DNA of 64,000 bases from Ptychomitrium polyphyllum (taxonomy: Eukaryota), in the NCBI GenBank assembly GCA_973851085.1, contig OZ316775.1:17794001-17858000 (forward strand), written 5' to 3'. Below are positions 24,286 through 38,046 of this stretch, piece after piece; position 1 is the stretch's first letter, and each line of letters opens with the position of its first letter. Below the pieces are notes generated by a model, which saw only the letters and a list, made by a program, of their open reading frames with translations, did no database searches and was not told the origin of the DNA. Made by a program: the position numbers and the translations under genes.

Positions 24286-27200
24286 AACACTGATTTGCAC
24301 TTAAGAATCAATCAATAGAGAAGAAATAATTGGAAAATAAAGCAAAACATTCAATTAGCAAGAAAAAAAATTACAACCAAATGTAAGCAACTTAGACTAG
24401 CAAACTTTACAAGTAGAAACCTGCATGCCGCTTTCAAAATGATTTTTTTTTTATACTTTTAGATTATATTTAATATACTTATATAACTAGTCTAAATCCT
24501 AGTTACAATCAATTACTAAGCTATTGATATTGTGTCTCAATTTATAGGAGATTATTGTGTTCATATGTGACAATTAATAAGTGAGTCCCTAACATGTGTA
24601 ATATATTAAATGGTATGAAACTACAATACAATCTATGAATTAAATATGTAAATATGTGAATGTAAAGAAATCATGAAGAAAATAAATTATTTGTACAAAA
24701 GTAAATAACACTTTAACTTTCTTAAGCAATCTTATATTACATGCGTCTAAATTGCTCAACATAAGTGCTAGATTTTACATCCAATTTGACATGGATTTCT
24801 TCTTATTCTTCTTCAATTAACAAAATTGTGTGCCTCCATATATCTATTTATGTGCTAAACACCATAAATCTTCTTTCAAAATACAACCTAAAACTAAGCA
24901 CAATTGAATGGACAATACTATATAAAACTTGAAATTACAATTGTAGCATATATTAAAATATTCCTTCCTTCCTACAAACTTTATTTATCACTTTTATTAT
25001 AGCTTAAGTATCTTTTTATAAATGCCAATTTAATGAAATGAAGATTAATCATAGTTTACTTATTATAAAAGATGAATGGAATATTTGTAGTGAAATTAGG
25101 AAGATACAATAAATACAACTTGGAAAATTTAACTTCAAGTTCTTAGAATATGCTAGGTGATCTATGAAATTCAACATTTGTCTTTTAGACTATTTGCCAA
25201 GTACCTTGTATTGACATAACATCCTTATCTTATCAATGAACTTCATTGCATATGAAGGTTAAGAGTACTTGAATCAATTCATTTCAAAGGCTTGATTAAC
25301 TTAAATTACTTTGATATAAGCTTCAACTAGGAATTTTTGACTTATTTAAAAGCACTACACCACTTTCAACACTCAATTCACTTACAAACACCTACCTACA
25401 ATATAAAAGTGTCACAATAAACGTAGAACAAGTGCACTTACAATAATTAAAATCTCTCAACTGCCATTATTATAGCAAGCCATGCCAATAATATGATAAA
25501 AAAGCCTTAAAAAATTTGCCTATAAATCTTATAGTGTCTATAAATAGAAACCAACACTTGAATTTGGAAACATTTACAAGAAAACATACATACCAAAATT
25601 AATAGAGATATAAAAAATAATCATCTTATTCAAAGTATCATTGCGTTCAATTTCTTTTTAATTTTAGTTAACCTCTTCCAAGTCTACACCCTCCCTTTCA
25701 AACTCTTGAAGAGTAACATCCTCAAACTTGGGCTCAAGCATCCTAATTTATTGCGTCCCCGTTAGTTTCAAAAAACTCTACCACAGCAACTAAAACTTTA
25801 ACAATTAAACATTTGAAGTCAATAACAAAGGGCATATACATTTCTTTGTCTGGTGTTCTTTCAAGTGCCATATTTTCTTCCTCCCACTAGTATGCTAACA
25901 TCCTTTACATTCACTACTACCTCTTTACACATGGTGCTTTCTAAAGCACCACCTTCAATGGCCTTCGTTGAGATCATTTATATAAATACATAAATTGCAT
26001 TCCAGTATACATATGAATCATGCTCACTGGGAATTGTGTTCATATTTAACCAACCAAAAGCTAACCTTAATTCATACTCCAGCTCTGTGCTCTGAGATTG
26101 GAATTAATCCAGCTCCACTTCATTATAATTTTTTTCTATGAACCATACTGAACAACATGGATGTTAGTTCCCATTTACTGTAGGTTTGCTATGACCATGT
26201 TTTGAGTAGAAGAGCCTAACCGGCAAGCTCAGGTGTGCAAAGAACTCCCTCCCCGGTCTGGCATAGATCAGCCAAACAAGATCTCGGTGCAACAGATCAT
26301 GGACCGCGAAACGAAACGAAACGATACAGAGCGATTCTTGCGGCTCGAAGATTCGAAGGTACGGAATAGGTTGAACATCTATCACTTGGCGGCTGGGTAA
26401 CGGGAGGGAGCAGATGGTAATCCTTCCTTTGGAGTAGTGCGTGGCATCCTGAAGGACTTCAGTAGATCAGGTGATTCCCATCTTGGTCCATGTTCCATTA
26501 CTTTGGAAATATCATGAGAACCGTTACATTCGAGGTTTACGATGATCATGCATTACAAATATAGGTTTGTGAAAAACCACTTGATTCTACTGGACCAGCC
26601 AACCTATGCCGACCGATCGTATGCGTAATGGATTAGGGAATGTGAAGCGCCTTCCACTTCATGTGGAGCATGGTTGACCGATTTCAAAAGTCACAGCTTC
26701 ACCCCACGGGTCCATAGATATTTGTCGATTGGTCAGAGCTGTCACATCAGGTTTCATGCCCGCAAGGATTTCCTTCTGCTGCTTGCTTCCAACGTACGCT
26801 TTTTAGGCCAAATCTTGGACCCGGCAGAGTTATCCGTAAACTCGCCTCTCTTTCTCACCCTAGATTCACCTACCACCGCACCTCTATTCCCCCACTAGTC
26901 CTCACGGCTCGACCACATATTTCGAGCTGACGGAGTTCAACCTACCTTCCAAGCCTGTGTCCAAAGCATCTTGTGTCGGACTCGTCCTTCGTCCACAAGG
27001 GAGAATGTTCTCCCTTGTATGTGACTGAAGTTTAACTCGTGATGACAACTGACTTTCTCATTCCTTTCAAAATGATAACAATAATAATAGTAGTGAACAA
27101 GTTTTTATTGAACATAATTCTGTCGATAAACCACAATCCCGCTTCAATATTGGAGCCTCTAAATTTCACGCATTAGAATCGCCCACAGCCGACACCACCG

Positions 27201-30200
27201 TGAAACAGACAATGTGCGCGCTCAGCTTGAAAAGCACCCCCGTTCCTTCCAACTCCTACATCTCCGCCATTTACGAAAAATGGAACGGCACTCTTCATAA
27301 AATTGCGTGAAGGCAAGAAAAACGGGTTCACCCATCCGCTGGGAGAGCAGACAATACACACAACACAGATCATGTCAAATATTACATTTCAAAGGCACTG
27401 CACCGAATCGAAGCCTGCCAAAGTTGATCAAGTGTTCTAGGGACTTCACTACACAATGTAAAGAAGGTAGACTCACGTCCCTCCAAGACGACTACCGTAG
27501 TGGTACATGAAGATGACGAAACAAAGGACCTTACAGAGACAAGTTTGTACAGAAAGCTGATAGTCAGGGATTGGTTGCCCGTTAACTGCCAAGAACTCCA
27601 TCTAAGACCCTGGTCACAGGAGCCTTCTATCCTGACAAACACTCTGCTTTGGTGTAAGCCTGAGACTGCTTCAGACCAGGACACATGTGTTGAGCATGAC
27701 CTCGCACGAAATCCCCACCTCCTGGTCAAACAGGACATGCTCAAAGTCTTTGTCTACAGGAATATTCCCGGCAAGTAAAAGCCACTGCGGCATCGTACTG
27801 GTCGCGAGAGCTCCGTCCCGTAATCAGGTGCTCAGTATAGAACAAGTTGCCAAGGACATCTCGGCAGCCACAAAATTGGTCTTTCGACTGTGGCTGCAAG
27901 GCAGTGGATTCGAGGACGCGATCCCATACACCCCTTCAGCACTTCGTCGATCACTTTAGCAACGCAGCACCTCTGCTATCTGTTCATGAAATCTCCTGAA
28001 AGGGAGATCAATCACGTGTCAGCCATTCAACCATGTAAGTCCGACAAATCAGATGGGAGCACTTTCAAGTATTCATGCACTGACCGCTTTCAACCTCCAC
28101 ATGGCAGTCGCTTTCAAAATCCAGAGCATGCTGCCTGTGCTGTACACGATGGATGAGTTCTGGCAGGGTCCCCACATGTGCGCTGTATGTACCAAAGACC
28201 TAACGACATGTATGGGTTCATCGACGCCAAATACATGCATTCAAGGTTCTAGGCCTCTCTGCTGACAAATAAGCGATTCAAGACCCAGACAAACTCCGTA
28301 ACGACCACTGGCTACCAACCCCAAACCAGCAGAATTCCCATCCCTTACACCCCAGCCGCTGACCGACGAGCGTTTTAAACCGGAGTTCCCCACTCCCAGA
28401 TAAGGCCAGCTTCACTTCCCTTCATCCGTTTGATAAAGAGCATGACAAATAACTAACCTTGCTAACCTCCAACTTGACTGGGCACAGCCCCACCTGTTGC
28501 ATCAATTACCAGGCGGTGCTTGGTAGAAGGAGGATCTCGCCGATGCTCCATCTCCGTGTTCCGAGCAACCGACCGACCACCGAAACGGCCCCTTCGACCG
28601 CCGTGGTTGTAATCCCTTCCACGCATCACTGGTGGACTGCCGCCTGCTCCCTCCCAATTCCCGCTATCTACTTTCGGACTTGGAATGGGCACGGGGGCTG
28701 TCTGCTGAGACGCCTTGTTCTGCTGCCCACCTGCCTGTTCCACCTGCTGGGGACGTTGCGAGTCGGGTGCTTGCTGCTTTGACACCTCCATCCGGCCAAA
28801 CTGAGGAGTCACTGCCAGATCTCTCTCCGTGGGATGCAGCCGAGAGGGGGCTGCGCGGAATCCTTCATTGCCACCTGTTTGTTGCCAATGGCTCTGCCCT
28901 CTCTGTGAACCCGAAGAGGGTCTCCCTGCCTGATCCCTCTCAAACCGTCCTCGATGGTTGGACCCGTGCTCACCACTCTCCGCAGAATGCTGACTGGAGC
29001 CCCTGGAAAATTGCTGCTGCTGAGATTCTCTCTCCCTCGACACAGGATGACTGCCCTCCTTCGTAGCTGCTATGGGGTGTGGCTTCTGCTGTGAGTGCGG
29101 ACCCGTGTATGCTGGCTGGCTGGCCGCCTGCTCCTTGTCCACGTGCTGGCCCCTGGGATGGTGCCCACCGCCATTGCGATGGTACTGCTGGGACCCATTG
29201 TTCTCAGACGGAACTGGTCTGTCCGAAGCTACATTGGAATGGCGAGAATGCGGTGCTGTACCCTGCTCGTGTCCCTTCTGCTCAGATGGATGTGGAGCTT
29301 GTCCGCGATGATCATGTCTTCGGTGATCTTGTCCTCGGTAATCCTGTCCACGGTGGTCCTGCCCTCGGTTATCTTGACCACGATAATCTTGAACACGATG
29401 AGCAGGTGCAGAGCCAGGGCGTGGAGGCTGGTATAGCTTTTTGTCGGCAGGATGTTCCCTTTCTGATACCTGCACAGGAGCTGGGGCTGGACCAGCGGTC
29501 GCAGCCGCAGCCGGCGGGCCAGCAGCACCAGGTGCTGGAGCTGGAGAGGGTGCAACCGGCGTGGTTTGTGGCGTGGCAAGCAGATGATCAGATACTGGCT
29601 GGTTGCGACGAGAGGGAGCTTGGCCGCCAGCAGATTTCTGCTCAGGCCGATGACGAGGGTGTCCAAAGTCTCCATGAGCTGGTCCCGTACAATTCACAGC
29701 AGCAGGGCCATCCTTCACGCTGTCAGCCGCCCGTTCACTTCCAGAACCCCTTTGGCGCCAAGATCCATGGGACCTCCCAGCCTTCGTCCCAGAATCAATG
29801 GGCTTCGTAACGTGATTGGACCTGGGATCTGCAGCCGAGAACTGCTTATTCTCTGCTACAGAGCCGCTGCGTGGAGACTCAGCAGCGGTCACGGGGGATG
29901 GAGCGGCACCCTGCGAACTCTGCTGCTGTTGTGCTCCTTGTGTATGCTGGTGAGCAGGAGGAGCTCCTGCTTGATCCGAAGTCTCCTGGTATTTCATCAA
30001 AGGCTTGGGAGTGTACCGCTCCATTTCGGCCCTTTTTGCACGTGCCTGTTGCTGTGCAGAGCTGCTTTCCTCCTTCTGCTGCTCGTTGAACTGGGGGACT
30101 TCCCCCTTGTTCCCTCCCCCGGCTCCTGGGGAGCGGACTGGAGCCCACACCATGCTATCGCTGGCATGTGATTTCTCAGTTGCGCGCTGATCCTGTGATC

Positions 30201-33200
30201 CCCGCTCACTCCTGCCTGGGCCACGCCTTGCACGGCTCTTGCGTTGCACCCTTTTGCTAGATGCATCGCCATTTGTAGACACTGCTGACCCTTCGTCACC
30301 CGTCAAAGCATCGCCTGACAAACTCACGTTAGACAGACTGTTGCTGTCTTTCCCCACATCTATATGGAATGCACTCACAGCCGAATCCGCTGCCTGCTCG
30401 CCTCCCACCATGCTATGGAATGCAGGAATATGAAGCCCAGAGACTAGATCACCAAACTGGATGCTCTCCGCCATCATGGGTGGAGCTTCTGCACGCGGCC
30501 TGTTTCTACTATTGCGACCGTTCTTGCTCTTGCGGAGGCTTCCTGACCCCTCAGTACCGCTCGTCGTCAAATGGCTCGTGTTACCTGAATCCGTCTCCTG
30601 TGGTGGCAATGGTGAATCCATGTTCCAGCCCCCATTAGCTGCCGGAGAAGGAATACTTACCGACGGACCGGCACTTGGCAAGGCCCGGTCACCATCCTCG
30701 CCTTTCACAACGAGCTGTTTCTTTTCCGGCCTACCTCTGTGACGGGACTCACGCTGGGGATTTGCATGCTGTCCATACACTTCGGGCACCGCCATAGGGG
30801 TCGTCAAAAGAGGCGCAGCCGTCGCAATTGCAGGGGAGAGTACGGCAGAAGCCTGGCCTGGAGCGCCGTTAACCTTGGCTTTAGCACCCTCCCCAACGCC
30901 TGCTTTTCGCCCATTGGCCTTCCTGTCACGCTCGCGTTTCCCATGTTCGTTGCGTACGGCACGCTTGGTGCTGCCCGTACTGCTGCCACTCTGAAGCGCC
31001 GGTTCACCCTCCACCGCTGGGATCTCCTCTGGTTGCTCAGCTTCTTCCACCTCTACAGTTGTCTTTGGGACCTCCACGGTAGGGTCCTCGGCAGCTGGTA
31101 GCGGAACAACAGTAGATCTTCGATCCAGCTCCTCAAGCTTTGCCCTGGCCTTTGCCTTTTGCTCCTTGATCCTTTCCTCCTCTTCTCTTTGCAACTGCCT
31201 TGCCCGTTGAGCGGCAATCTCCTTCATCTTTGCCCGCTGCAAACCATTCCACGTGCCAGAAGAACAAACATTCATCAGCACACGCAAAATACCCTACCTG
31301 CCACAGAAGCAATTCGACGCTTCGCTGAAGGAATAAGCTGGAAAACACTGAAGCAAAGCCAATACATCCTTGCAAAGCCAAGGAGCATGCTCAGGACCCC
31401 AAAACACTTGCTCATGCATCTGGAGACACTTCAGCCAACACCAGCTAAGTGACCAGAGGGGCAGATCGAGTACCTGTGCATCGTAGTCATATGAACCAGG
31501 TTTGGGCCCGTTTTCGGAGTCCGTCGTGTTATCCTCCATAGTCTCCGTCCCTGATGTCGCAGGAGCAACACCCGCTTTCGGCGCTTGTGCTACTGCAGTC
31601 ACAGAAGGCCGTGGACTGGCTTCAGCGATTGGGACTTTCGGCCTCCACTCCTTTTCTCCGTCATGTGAAGAAGCCTTACCTTTCGGTTTCAATCCTTCCT
31701 TCCCGCTACCGTCATGGCCAGCGGCCGTTAGAGTTGCAGAAACATCTGGGGCACCGGTTTCAATACTACCCAACTCTACCTTTGGACTCTCCGGACGCCT
31801 CAACATCCGCCCTTTCTCAACGGCTTTTGGCACCTCGGCTTCTGAAGCCGGAGGAGCACTCACAGCACTCGGCTTCTCTTGGCTGGGATGCTGCAAGATC
31901 TGGGGTGCAGGTGCGACGTCGGGGGCTGCATGCCGCGGGGCATTTCCAAGAATACTGCTGGGTTTCGAGCCACCTCCACTGTTATATTGGCCGGATCGCA
32001 GATTTGCTGTTGGTGCGCCGCTAGCTGCAGGACCAATCACCTCACGAATGTGACTCTCTGCTTGCTTGCTGCCCCGCTCCCACTTGACTGGCCCATCTTT
32101 TGTCACTATCTTGGCCACCACTTCCTTGTCCACCACGTTCTGCATCTTTCTCTCAGCCTGGTCCTTCCCTTCTGAGACCTCTCCACCCTCGATCTTGTTC
32201 CCGGGCGTAGATGAAACTTCCGCGCTTCTGTGCGGCGCCGCAATCTCGCTCTTCGTTGCAATCACTACCTTCTTCTCCTCGTCCTTCGCGGTCTCCACTT
32301 CCACCACGTTCTTCTCCGTGTTTGCATCCACCTTCACGTCCTCCCGCTTCACTTCTTCTCCTGACGTCTCGTCCTTCTGGACACACGAGGGAGATTGTTT
32401 TCCTGAAGCACTGGGCGATGCTGACATAACTTCCTCCTCGAAAACTGGCTTGGAGAAGTCCATTGGCTCATCACTGCTCGCGGCTGCTCCCCAATCTCGG
32501 TGGCCACCATGATGACCACTGGAGGTTCCTCTCTGGCCCTGGCCGTGACCATCGCCACCACTGGGAGCGGCCCGATGTAACCCACCTCTACGGTTCTCGC
32601 CACCCTCTTGACCAGAGCCAGGTCCGCCACTGTACCGCTCATTGTAGCCCCTTCCATCTTTATGCCCAGGGCCTTCCGGCCCTTCCTTGTGGTAGTTTGG
32701 ACCTTCGTGGTAGCCATCTCCTACACCCTCACCACGTTCTCGCTCTCGCAAATTACTATTTGGAGGATGCCAGGCTCCCTGGTTCATGCCCCCATGCGGA
32801 AAGCGGCCAAAGGCTTCGGGAGGAGGCCCTCTGTGCCCCGGAAATCCACCGTATGGTCCACCGCCCATTCCCATCATCATCCTCTCAGGATCCTCCATGC
32901 CTTGGTACCCTGGGCCGGGAGGCCCATAGAAACCATCGTAAGGAACAGGTCCTTGGAACATGTTCGGTCTCATGGGGTGCATTGGGCCAGCTGGTCGCAG
33001 CAATGGCCCTGCATTGCCATACATGTCACCGTGATGTCCATAACCGCCTGGACCTGGCGCTCCGCGACTGAAAGGTGCTGGGCCAGGACCAAACCGAGGT
33101 TGGTGCATAAACCCTGGGCCCTCGTGCGGATAATGGCCAGGCCCTGGGGGAGGCCCATACTGACCTACAGGTGGAGCTCCCCCGCGCCGCCAGTTATCGT

Positions 33201-36200
33201 CCGCTGGGCCGCCTGAGGGGGCAGCCTCCCGTCGCCAGCTCTCCGGCTGAGGACCTTGTCCACCATACGATGGCCTTGCCGATGGCCCGTCCCGGTGCCA
33301 GTTTCCTTCTGCTGCTGGAGGAGGCCCTTGGAATGCTGCAGCCTCTCTCCTCCAATTGTCTGGCGCACCCCGGTCTGGATGACCGTAACCGCCACTGGGA
33401 GCCATGGGTGGAATTTCTTCTGCAAAACAACAAAACCCGGTCTTCTCGTTATGTGTGTCCAACCGTGTGCGTCTGCAGGCAACCTCGTACACTATTACAT
33501 GCAAGCGGACTCAAACTCGGTGACGTGGCTACAATCAAATTCAACACCTCCAGAGCACATGACAAGTGAACCTACCATGAGGACCAGGGGGTGTGGGTGG
33601 CCGCCTCTCCTCAGGATGTGCCCCCTTCGTTTCCACTGAAGCCCCGCCATCACTGGCGGAGTTGCCTACATACCAAATGCCACCTCCCCAACTCAGCCTC
33701 TCTGTGCGACTACCATTTCTCCACAATATTCCGTTTCAAAGGCTAGAAAAACGAACACGCAGATAACTGCCAACTCAGAGCATGCTTACTGTGCTGCGGC
33801 CGAAGGTCTGGGTTTTTCTCTGAACCCAACGTAGGAAAATCCGTCCTTGTCAACTGAAACCGCGAAACCTGGTGAGGCTCCTCCCCCTGACCCACACCCA
33901 CCTCTTGCATTAGTCATCTCTGTACGCTGCCTCATCAAACCACCAAAGACAAGTGTGAAAAGCATCATCTGCGCAGTGCGCAGGACCAGCAAATACGAAA
34001 TACCAGTAACTCTTCCAAATCGCAAATCGCAAATAAAAAACTGTCCTCCCATTCCACACATATGTTTAGCATTGGAAAGCAACACATTGTGAGCACCCCT
34101 GTAATACCAGTCTCCGAGGAGGCCCACGATTCCCCCATGCTGTGTTCCCCGGTGGAGAATGACTGCCCGACTGATCCCCAAACTCCGAAAGACTGCGATT
34201 GGGTCGCGCAATATCAGCACTCCGAGGACGAGTCTGGGCTTGGGCTTGAGCAAGCTGCGGCTGGGCTTGACCTAGTACCCCCGAAGCCGACGAGGGTCTT
34301 GCACCCCACGCACTGCTTGAGTTGACGTTGCTTGAAAATGAATCGCCTGACTGCTGCAAATGTCCGATACTCTCCGCTGACAACGGCCGGTTCCCAGTAC
34401 CTCCTGAAGTCGGACGTGGAATGTTTCCAGGTCCCCCCAACGTCGATCCTCCACTGATACTACTGTTGCTGCCTACCGATGCTGCACCTGCTTTTGGTCC
34501 CCACGCTCCACTGCTACTAGGTGGAGAAGATGCCTGTGACGGAGTCCCCCATGCGTTGACGCTGGTTGATGGTGAACGTCCAGCAGATCCCCAGCTCACA
34601 CTCCCTCTGCAAACAGAATCACGCAGTCAATACATGTGCACCATCACTCTGGCCATCACCCCCACAGGAGGACAATTCCACCACCCAAAAGATGAGGATC
34701 GCAGTTCACGGAATCAGAGTTCCCAAACTCCCACAGCTGCGCTCACACGCCGAAAACCCCTGCCCTCTGGCCCAAGGACTACCAAGTATCATCAGATCAT
34801 CTTCCTCGCAAGGACCACCGAGCAAAGCCAACCCAACAACGCGATCATGGCTGGAGCAACAAAATGAAATGGCACCTGTAAGCCCACGTTCGACCGAGGT
34901 AACGGCCCGGTACCAGAGGCCATACCTCCGGACGTTTTGCATTCGGACTCTACATCCTGAACGAAATTCTGCTCCCAAAAACCCCTACTAGTGGCAAACT
35001 GGTGGAGGCTCAAACTCTACACTTCTACTCTACCAGTGCACGTCCGTAAGATCACCGAAGCTCAATAGCGGCTCCTACTCAATAGCAGCTTTTCCCACGG
35101 ATCCAATCGTAGACATCCAACGGAATGCGACCAGGGTGAGCACAGCAAATCCTCGCCCCTCGAGCTCCCTGCTGGCAAAACCTCCACCTAATCTAAGAGA
35201 TCCAGACTGCTGTCCAGCATACCTTGGTACTATCTCCACGTTAGGATCAAGTCCGCGATTCTCCAATCTGGACAAGGTACAATATCAAAACATGAGATCC
35301 AAACACATGCCGACCCCCAACGCCTCGCACAAACCAAATCGAATCCAAGTAGAAAGCTAAGACTCCGAGAATGTTCATCTGTGAAAGCCTTGGCACTATG
35401 GAACTCCCCACAAGTACGCAGGCAGGAAGGCAAACGGCCTCACCGTTGGCTCGGTAAGTTGATGGGCTTAGGTACTGCAGGAATTTTGCCCAGCACTGTC
35501 ATACCCCGTCGAGCCGAGCTCCCCCTGCACAAAAGCCACACGGAGCCCACTCTCAGCACTCGGCCAGGGTGAAAACAAGCATCCATTCAGAAGGTCGACC
35601 CTACGTGAGGTCGCTTTCAAACTGTCTCTGCAAGAAGCCTGTCTACCGCTCAGCTTCATCTCAACACAGTTTCGCTCACATGAACCTAAATATCTTTGCT
35701 ATAACCTAATACGAGACCTCCACTCAAGGCAATCCTCTCCAAACCATTCCAACTGTGACCCCGTTCCGCGTGCACGCGGACCTAGGTTGCCTAATATCAT
35801 AAAATCAGGGTAAACTTGCGGGAATGTGCAAAACACCATGCTGCCGAGTTAGCCACTCTGTTCACTTCGCCAGCCTAAGAAATCTCGGGAGACGTGACCA
35901 GCTGTAGAAGAGGAACCACACCCTCCAAAATTTGAACTCATCAGTCCAGGCAACCGGAGCAACCTGGATCGATCATCTCTAGAATACGCTCACTTCCATC
36001 GCTAAGCGTGACCCTCACCCACGGCTGCGGCGTCAAAACAGCCGATAATTATATCGTAACACCTACAGCCCCTTTGCGTATTCATTTCATGAGACATTCC
36101 AGAGATTGCTCGCATACCTCCTCTCGCTTGACAACATGATTCAAGCTCCTCTTGCCTGCAGCAGCAAGTGGAACACCAACTCCTCCTGTGGTGATTGAGA

Positions 36201-38046
36201 AGTACCCTGCAGCAAGGGGCAAGAACAATGAGACGCCAAGAGTCATGTACTGAATCCGACCCTGCGGACCACACAGACGGGACAGAGCGTCCAGATTTGG
36301 ACCAATGCCGGCAATCAACACCACCGACTAGCCATCCTCCGCAACAACCCGCCGATCACTAATTCCAGCCCCAAAAACGTCAAACTTGTAGCCTCCACTC
36401 CCAGAGGACGGAGTCAAACTGGCTACAACAAGGCGCCCCGGAAACCTAAGAGCGGACAACTATCTATAGCCATGCGCCTATCTCCCACAATTCTTCCGGA
36501 TCAAGATGCAACCCGCACAGGATTCTGATTCCCGTCCCACACAAACCACTGCACGTTGGGATCCAGGATGCCCGCACACTTCCCACGCAGGGCATCAATG
36601 TCGCCCACTACTTCCCGATCACGGCGGGCCACTGCGGACCTAGCAGGGCGCCCCTGGACGGATAAAACCACCCGCTAGTTGCCCAAGGTGTTTGATCGAC
36701 CCAAGCCGCAGCGGCGTGACAGTCAATCCGGGCCGAGCGGCAGACACCGATGCCTCACGAGTTCAGAGAACCGAAGGCCATGGCCGTCAACCACCGAAAT
36801 GCCAAATACCATCTGCATCAACCATACCAATATCTAAGCGAAGAAGAGCCAGAAGAAATTGCATATGCTCGGAGAACCCGCGCTGCGCGCACACAGCCAT
36901 GCCCCTCTCAACCCTAGCGCCCTCAATCCGATGCCATTCTACTGCACCAACACGAACCCAAGCGCGAAGAAAGGGTGGACGGGGCGCGGGACGGGCGCTG
37001 GAAACGCACAGATCCACGCCCGGCCTCGCACACTCCCACCACGACCGAAACACTCCTCCCTCTGTCGCGCGCAACCTACAGCCACCGGGCAATCAATCAT
37101 CGAAAAACCTAATCATCCGAAGGCCGCATAGCGAACGCCCTCCGCCATCACGACCTCGCCCGGTAGCCACTCCGCACCTGCCCCACCCCGCCTATTCACG
37201 CTTCCCCCTCCCTCCCCCCCCAAACCCCAACAACCACGCCCCGTACCAGGACAGCCATCGCCACATACCTAACTGCATTAAATGACAGTCCGCGACCGCG
37301 GATCCGAGCCGCCACCCGACACGGCGAACCCTAGCGAACCTGCCCCCGCCCGCCTGCGCTCCGCACCACCGCACCACCGCTGTGCGCCCCTGCTGCAACC
37401 GCGCAATACGCACAACGCCCCCGAGCACCGGCGCGCACTCCACCACGTCCAGCGAGGGACTCCCACCGCGACGCGACCGACGCCACCAATCCAATACGAA
37501 GACAGAAGAGGAGAGAGAGATGGGGGTAGAGGGAGGGAAAGGGAGAGGGGCGACCTGCTTTGCTGGGAACAGGGCTGGCTTGCTGCGTCCACGGCGAGAC
37601 AGCAGCAGAGGGGGTGGGGGAAGGGGGGGGGAGAAGAGGGAGAGAAAGAGGAGGGGGGGGAGGGGGCAGGGAGGCAAATACAGTAGAACGCAGAAGAGGC
37701 AGACTGAAAGGGAACTCGGGCCCCAGACGCACTCCACTTCACCTCTGCACGAGTCCGCAATTCGGCCCCCGAACACAACCAACGAGCGCCCCCTGCGCTG
37801 CACTGTATCAATAGAAACACCCGCACCCCTGGTTCCGCTCCCCGTTTCCCCCGTCTGCTGGGGTAGTGAAGTCCCCCGCGGTCACTGCTGGCGTCTCCCG
37901 GTCGTGGCAGCGGCAAAACCGCACGCGTTGCAGGGGGTTGCGTACGACTGGTTTCTAGGGAACCCTATGCCGAGAGCGTTAGGGAACGGGACCAACTTGC
38001 GGGATGAGTCGGGTGCAGTGTGCGCTACGTTACTATGCTGGGCGCA
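24268..38046 (-). repeat. Right arm of the 13,779-bp inverted duplication
   Basis: Reverse complement of 7675..21453. Only two substitutions were noticed (12715/33006 and 16402/29319). Confidence 0.97.
28462..36137 (-). CDS. MOS1: MOS1-like / BAT2 (PRRC2) protein, copy B. Exons 36137-36118, 35524-35444, 35267-35223, 34606-34108, 33886-33790, 33665-33576, 33419-31474, 31236-28462
   Basis: Mirror image of copy A. It differs at GNAG(S/P)LLRP and DHR(G/R)HDHR. Confidence 0.9.
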
